Shown here piece by piece: positions 15,909 to 20,000 of a DNA stretch of 20,000 nt. The notes beneath the pieces were generated by a model. The model saw only the letters and a list, made by a program, of their open reading frames with translations, had not been told where the DNA came from and ran no database searches. The position numbers and the translations under genes are program-made. This DNA is from an uncultured virus (IMG/VR IMGVR_UViG_3300047377_000579) (taxonomy: Duplodnaviria > Heunggongvirae > Uroviricota > Caudoviricetes), in IMG/VR virus record IMGVR_UViG_3300047377_000579. One strand, 5' to 3'. The first letter of the stretch is position 1. Every line of letters begins with the position of its first letter.

Positions 15909-16039
15909 GAGATTCTCCGTCTTTTTCTTCTCATCTTAGAAAAAAAGTTAACAGTTCGCTTAAAAACTATTTCTTTGATTTCTTTTCTTTTTTTACGAGC
16001 TGTCTTACTTTTATGTATACGATCTGCCTTCGTTTTCAT
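15905..16039 (-). CDS. Highly basic 44-aa peptide, not in the ORF track
   Basis: AGGAGAGG SD; MKTKADRIHKSKTARKKRKEIKEIVFKRTVNFFSKMRRKRRRIS*; its TGA overlaps the next ATG. Confidence 0.7.
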   Translation of the reverse strand: MKTKADRIHKSKTARKKRKEIKEIVFKRTVNFFSKMRRKRRRIS

Positions 16040-16057
16040 CGACCTCTCCTAAATTTT

Positions 16058-16142
16058 TGGTGCCCCCAGCGAGACTCGAACTCGCACGGCCTAAGGCCCA
16101 CGGATTTTAAGTCCGTTATGTCTACCATTCCATCACAGGGGC
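16058..16142 (-). tRNA. trnL: tRNA-Leu(TAA)
   Basis: GCCCCTG/TGGGGGC acceptor, ACGGA-CT-TAA-AA-TCCGT arm, long variable arm GGCC-TTA-GGCC, encoded CCA; 85 nt. Confidence 0.96.
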
Positions 16143-16144
16143 AT

Positions 16145-16221
16145 TGGCGATTCCGGGAGGACTCGAACCCCCGACCTACTGATTAGAAGTCAGTTGCTCT
16201 ATCCAGCTGAGCTACGGAACC
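16145..16221 (-). tRNA. trnR: tRNA-Arg(TCT)
   Basis: GGTTCCG/CGGAATC acceptor, ACTGA-CT-TCT-AA-TCAGT arm, encoded CCA; 77 nt. Confidence 0.97.
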
Positions 16222-16412
16222 AATAAAGTTAATTCACTCCCATATTTCATTATAAACCATATAGTAGCTATAGCAATAATCGCAAGAGCATGTCTAAACA
16301 TAAATCCAACAATTGAAAAGAAGGTACCTACAACAAGCGCGCCAGCTACTGCATAAAAGAGGAGCTGTGCATATAGAGGCAGCGCCTGTTGTATCTCGAT
16401 TAGTGTGGGCAT
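16212..16412 (-). CDS. Small two-TM membrane protein (66 aa)
   Basis: TAATG-coupled start with GGAG SD; two hydrophobic helices; stop lies inside tRNA-Arg. Confidence 0.75.
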   Translation of the reverse strand: MPTLIEIQQALPLYAQLLFYAVAGALVVGTFFSIVGFMFRHALAIIAIATIWFIMKYGSELTLLVP

Positions 16413-16630
16413 TAGGAGCTCCAGTCAATCCAATTTTCAACAACTGTTGCGAACTCTTCTCGAGATGGGACTTTATAAGGACCCCATGTATTATCTAGAT
16501 GATATATGTCGCCAGTTGGTGAAGTCATTTGATGCCACATCTTACGCGTGCGGTCATCAGGATCCTCATCATAGTCTCCGACATACACATAACCTTTATA
16601 TTCATAGGTTGTATATTGTGGAAAATCCAT
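16412..16630 (-). CDS. Hypothetical acidic/aromatic protein (72 aa)
   Basis: Start moved from 16651 to ATG 16630 (GGAGG SD, TAATG overlap). Confidence 0.7.
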   Translation of the reverse strand: MDFPQYTTYEYKGYVYVGDYDEDPDDRTRKMWHQMTSPTGDIYHLDNTWGPYKVPSREEFATVVENWIDWSS

Positions 16631-16941
16631 TATGAAGCCTCCCTTTGACACATGTTGTCGATGTGCCGCTGAATGCGCTCATCGGTCCAGTTAGCGAAGT
16701 TTAGCGAACGAGCATAGCTCTTGCTAGTCTTCTCAGCGGTGAGGTAATACGCGTCCTCAACAAGCTGTTGTCGCATAAATTGCTTAAGTTTACCGGTAGG
16801 TACACGACCACTCCAATATCCAATTTCATCGGGGTGAGGGAATGATCCCATCCAGCAACCAGGTTGCTTTGAGAACTCTTCAGCCTCAGCACGCTGGTTG
16901 TTGATGTAGTCTTTAAGATCTTGTTCCATAATATAAGACAT
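16630..16941 (-). CDS. Hypothetical early protein (103 aa)
   Basis: Start at ATG 16941 after an AAGAGGAG SD; first gene after the promoter at 16973-17002. Confidence 0.75.
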   Translation of the reverse strand: MSYIMEQDLKDYINNQRAEAEEFSKQPGCWMGSFPHPDEIGYWSGRVPTGKLKQFMRQQLVEDAYYLTAEKTSKSYARSLNFANWTDERIQRHIDNMCQREAS

Positions 16942-16972
16942 GATTTGCTCCTCTTTTTCAATCATTAATAAT

Positions 16973-17002
16973 ATTATACACTACTTTTATGCAAATGTAC
17001 AC
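16973..17002 (-). promoter_or_regulatory. Phage early-type promoter
   Basis: AACT-GTGTACA-17 nt-TATAAT. Confidence 0.8.
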
Positions 17003-17004
17003 AG

Positions 17005-17232
17005 TTAATTTGATAAATTATTAAAATATTTTCGAAGCTCAGTATATCCTCCAATGTGATTACCTTCACTATCGAAAATCTGTGGTACAGTTTTATATCC
17101 CTGTGACTTAAACCACTCACGATCTTTATTTTCGGTTAACCCAACATCTTCATAATCGATACCGCGTTCTGTCATTATAATCTTAGCTAACTCGCAAAAC
17201 GAACAGTGAGGTCTAGAGTATATTTTCCACAT
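17005..17232 (-). CDS. grx: Glutaredoxin
   Basis: IYSRPHCSFC (CxxC), KTVPQIF, HIGGYTEL. Confidence 0.92.
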   Translation of the reverse strand: MWKIYSRPHCSFCELAKIIMTERGIDYEDVGLTENKDREWFKSQGYKTVPQIFDSEGNHIGGYTELRKYFNNLSN

Positions 17233-17639
17233 TACTTCTTATTAAACCTTAACATGTAAGTTACTCCTTCATGTGAAAATGTGATGGTCGAATGTGAGTA
17301 TATTGTCTTTTCGGTTTCTTTATATCTCGTTTCGGAAGTACATACATTGCGAGTAGCCACAGTAGAATTAGAATTGGCATGACCGAGCATACCACCGATA
17401 ATAGCTCCAATAGCTCCACCATCTTGCTCTCCTTTAATATTATTTCCAATGATACCTCCTAGTAATGCACCTTTCAGCGTATCACCGGTTCTATCACCAG
17501 ATACATTTTCATCCCTACAAACTTCGACTACGTATGGAGTTTGTACAATAACAGTTTTGTTATAATCTACAATTTCATTTGCAACTGCTGCACTAGACAG
17601 CAGGAAAAATGGTGCGATCAACAATAATTTCCGGTTCAT
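17232..17639 (-). CDS. Signal-peptide protein with a glycine-zipper 2TM domain
   Basis: MNRKLLLIAPFFLLSSAAVA signal peptide; GALLGGIIGNNI...GGAIGAIIGGMLG flanked by a Cys pair. Confidence 0.8.
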   Translation of the reverse strand: MNRKLLLIAPFFLLSSAAVANEIVDYNKTVIVQTPYVVEVCRDENVSGDRTGDTLKGALLGGIIGNNIKGEQDGGAIGAIIGGMLGHANSNSTVATRNVCTSETRYKETEKTIYSHSTITFSHEGVTYMLRFNKK

Positions 17640-17847
17640 TTCTATTTTCCTTTACTTCAATGTCTAAAGCTTCTCTCAACTCACCAATACGACGATATGC
17701 GCCTTGCAGTTGCCCCTGCAATTCCTTTACGTTATTACGTAAAATCTCAATTTCATTGCCTTGAGCTATTACAATATTGCGATAGAACTCAGCTTCTTTA
17801 TCAGTCTGATCGACTGCCTTTTTTCCGATCCTGCCGTACATAGGCAT
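17593..17847 (-). CDS. Coiled-coil hypothetical protein
   Basis: GAGG SD; heptad pattern IEILRNNVKELQGQLQGAYRRIGEL. Confidence 0.7.
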   Translation of the reverse strand: MPMYGRIGKKAVDQTDKEAEFYRNIVIAQGNEIEILRNNVKELQGQLQGAYRRIGELREALDIEVKENRNEPEIIVDRTIFPAV

Positions 17848-18205
17848 CTAATATTTCCTCTTGTAATTTGTAAGCTTCCACTTCCCATGGCAAATTTAAA
17901 TATTCATCATGAGTACTATACTTTACTTCGTCAAATTCCCATTCTTTTCTAACGCCTTGTTTTACATGTACCATTTCATGAAAAACTGTAGTTAATAAAT
18001 CATCGCCCTTTAAGCGTCGATCGATTTCTATTTCAAATTCTCTTTTATCAATCTTTAAACAATATCCATGTGCATCATCTATCTTATTTAAGTCGATCCA
18101 TATATCACAATTTTTAATTCTTGGCATGAGATAATCCCATGCAAACTCAGCAGCCTTATAGATCGTTGAACGTTGCTTAGACCGTCCACCCTTCACTACA
18201 ATCAT
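17801..18205 (-). CDS. HEXXH zinc metallopeptidase-like protein
   Basis: TVFHEMVHVKQ and LPWEVEAY; GAGAGG SD. Confidence 0.8.
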   Translation of the reverse strand: MIVVKGGRSKQRSTIYKAAEFAWDYLMPRIKNCDIWIDLNKIDDAHGYCLKIDKREFEIEIDRRLKGDDLLTTVFHEMVHVKQGVRKEWEFDEVKYSTHDEYLNLPWEVEAYKLQEEILDAYVRQDRKKGSRSD

Positions 18206-18383
18206 CGAACCTCTCCTCTACAGATTTAATGTGCTTACACTTGCGATACGCAATGCAATTACAATCAAAACCGGAATCAAACATCTCTACTAAATATTTA
18301 TCACCTTTACTACCAATTACTGGCCATTTTATTCCAACAGCCCAGTGACCTTTAGTATTGACAATTTCTGATGGATGGCTCAT
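18177..18383 (-). CDS. SWIM-type zinc finger protein
   Basis: GSKGDKYLV...FDCNC...RKCKHI (CxC-xn-CxH). Confidence 0.8.
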   Translation of the reverse strand: MSHPSEIVNTKGHWAVGIKWPVIGSKGDKYLVEMFDSGFDCNCIAYRKCKHIKSVEERFDDCSEGWTV

Positions 18384-18565
18384 GCATATTCTCCCAAATC
18401 TTTAGCAACTTGATGAGATGCATCTTCCATAACAGTCATGAGAGATGAAAGGTGACGACGCTCGTCACTTGTAAGACGAGCAATTTCGTCAAAGATGTTT
18501 TCAGTTGAACCATCCTTAGCGATATTTTTAAGAACTGATTCTAGAACCTGATAACGATACTGCAT
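18380..18565 (-). CDS. Hypothetical early protein (61 aa)
   Basis: AAGAGGAG SD; first gene after the promoter at 18596-18625. Confidence 0.75.
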   Translation of the reverse strand: MQYRYQVLESVLKNIAKDGSTENIFDEIARLTSDERRHLSSLMTVMEDASHQVAKDLGEYA

Positions 18566-18595
18566 TATGAACTCCTCTTTTCATTTAATAGATAT

Positions 18596-18625
18596 ATTAT
18601 ACACTATTTTTAAGAGAATGTACAC
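18596..18625 (-). promoter_or_regulatory. Phage early-type promoter
   Basis: AACT-GTGTACA-17 nt-TATAAT. Confidence 0.8.
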
Positions 18626-18633
18626 AGTTATTT

Positions 18634-19242
18634 TTACTTTTTAGGATAAATTTGTGCTCTTACGTTTTTTGAAATAGGAATCTTAAAGTCACCGTGTACA
18701 TGATGAAGAATAAATTCCGTATTCTCAAACTCCTTAAACATCGCTGTCCAAATTGGTCTCCAATTACTAGACAGTCTATGATTATTCATATTCTCTCTGT
18801 CAGAATTAAGTACCAGGTCTGAATAGCTTCTAAGGTTAAAGTCAAAGATAGAATCAAATCCATACATGTGAATCCTATCTGCCTTTAGCTTACTTGCTGC
18901 ATAATGTACGGCAACATGACCACAGTTAAAGTTAGTATAGTTACCAGCATATTTAGGAAGAGGAGTATAAAATTCTTTTACTTGATGTGCTACTTTTGTG
19001 TAGTAGTTAGGATGCTTATCCATCCAAATCTTAGGACGCATTCCTAGAATCCAATCACCAGGCAATACAATACTACCTTCAGTCATTGCTTTCATAAATT
19101 TAAAGTCCACAATAACCGATGCATATGTGTTAGGCACAGCAAAGGGTGGAAGATTACAGCATATCTTTAGGCCTTTTCTTTCGGCTTTCTGATATAAAAC
19201 GGCCTGATCACCATTACCAACAATGTGCACAACTTTAGACAT
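18634..19242 (-). CDS. Putative sugar-transferase-fold protein (GT29/Maf-like Rossmann pattern)
   Basis: VHIVGNG near the N-terminus and NCGHVAVHYA...IHMYGFD resemble the sialyltransferase/Maf family pattern; family call tentative. Confidence 0.5.
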   Translation of the reverse strand: MSKVVHIVGNGDQAVLYQKAERKGLKICCNLPPFAVPNTYASVIVDFKFMKAMTEGSIVLPGDWILGMRPKIWMDKHPNYYTKVAHQVKEFYTPLPKYAGNYTNFNCGHVAVHYAASKLKADRIHMYGFDSIFDFNLRSYSDLVLNSDRENMNNHRLSSNWRPIWTAMFKEFENTEFILHHVHGDFKIPISKNVRAQIYPKK

Positions 19243-19882
19243 TCATCATACTCCTAATCTTATCCTTACCTTTAGCTCCAGTCCAATGTACAATCTTCTT
19301 TTTACCTGTATATCCATCTAACTCAACTTGTATCCGAAGGACATTATATTCGTTTGGTAAATCTTCGATATGACTTAACTTTGTAATAGGATTAAGCATA
19401 TTATGTAACACTTCTTGATCACCTACGTTCGGGTTATCGTGCACTTCTTGACACCATTGATGAAGTATTATAGGCTTATCTATAATTCCCACTACGCCTG
19501 AATTGTGCCATACTTCTTGCCGCCGTTTTGTCCATGGCTTATCTTCAACCATTGCTAGCTTATTAGGTTTAAGTAAATTAAATACTGATTCAATATTATC
19601 ACAAATTTGACAATCAGTATCAAGCCATACAGTCTTAATCGAAGGTGAGTATAACATCGCTCTTGGCTTTTTAAACCAGCCTCTTTCTTTTGTTTTACTC
19701 ATATCAATAACAGCATGAAAATTATTTTTTATATATTTTAATGTGTTTTGACTTACACCAAAATTAGCAAAAACTAAAGGAGTTGAATTATGTTTCTTAT
19801 AGTTTTCCACAAACCATGGAAGCATCCAGGCATTATTTTCATCGCAGCCAGTTAAGAATGCTTGGTTATACTTCTTCGACAC
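19235..19882 (-). CDS. GT-A fold glycosyltransferase (GT8-like)
   Basis: WFKKP, VWLDTD (DxD), HNSGVV, GDQEVL, EYN, IVHWTGAKGK; GTG 19882 with a GGAG SD preferred over 19921. Confidence 0.8.
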   Translation of the reverse strand: MSKKYNQAFLTGCDENNAWMLPWFVENYKKHNSTPLVFANFGVSQNTLKYIKNNFHAVIDMSKTKERGWFKKPRAMLYSPSIKTVWLDTDCQICDNIESVFNLLKPNKLAMVEDKPWTKRRQEVWHNSGVVGIIDKPIILHQWCQEVHDNPNVGDQEVLHNMLNPITKLSHIEDLPNEYNVLRIQVELDGYTGKKKIVHWTGAKGKDKIRSMMNV

Positions 19883-20000
19883 GATACGCTTCTCCATAAG
19901 TATGCTTTGCATAACAACCATTTACATTCTGAATAGTAGTAAAACTATCACGAGCTTCTACTGGCCATGGATAATATTCCTGTAGCCATGGAAATGTATT
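19866..20000 (-). CDS. Partial CDS (C-terminus), possibly a GT25-like glycosyltransferase
   Basis: Open frame from the window edge: NTFPWLQEYYPWPVEARDSFTTIQNVNGCYAKHTYGEAYRVEEV*. Family guess rests on recalled similarity and context only. Confidence 0.45.
   Translation of the reverse strand, partial: NTFPWLQEYYPWPVEARDSFTTIQNVNGCYAKHTYGEAYRVEEV

Noticed and set aside
4948..16214. Possible TAG recoding, since several ORFs end in TAG
   Set aside because: gp48 and gp32 end at TAG at their expected C-termini, long genes have no internal TAG, and none of the four tRNAs has a CTA anticodon.
11212..17952. Small alternate-frame or plus-strand ORFs (11212, 11392, 11654, 11808, 12162, 12260, 12757, 13341, 13395, 14118, 14179, 16313, 16405, 16701, 17261, 17761)
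   Set aside because: Overlap coupled minus-strand genes that have SDs and promoters; the region appears uniformly minus-strand.

Overview
A 20-kb segment of a T4-like myovirus genome, with gene content resembling marine T4-like phages; the host cannot be determined from this window. Bases 1-10563 hold a tail/baseplate/head-completion module: a split gp5 region, gp27-like hub, gp53, gp48, then divergently gp4, gp2, gp54-like, gp26, an unannotated gp51-like frame and a 603-aa tape-measure-like gene. A cUUCGg terminator follows, then gp32 and gp33. The rest is a minus-strand accessory region of small ORFs driven by repeated GTGTACA-N17-TATAAT promoters, four CCA-encoding tRNAs (Asn, Thr, Leu, Arg), a glutaredoxin and a glycosyltransferase cluster. 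Strongest signal: a candidate programmed -1 frameshift (T TTT TTT TAG) fusing gp26 to the gp51-like frame just upstream of the tape measure gene, i.e. a lambda G/GT-type tail-chaperone arrangement in a T4-like phage. Also notable: an apparently catalytically dead T7-lysozyme-type amidase in the split gp5 locus, two ORFs whose stop codons lie inside tRNA genes, and probable leaderless transcripts. All family calls come from motif recognition and synteny, not database searches.
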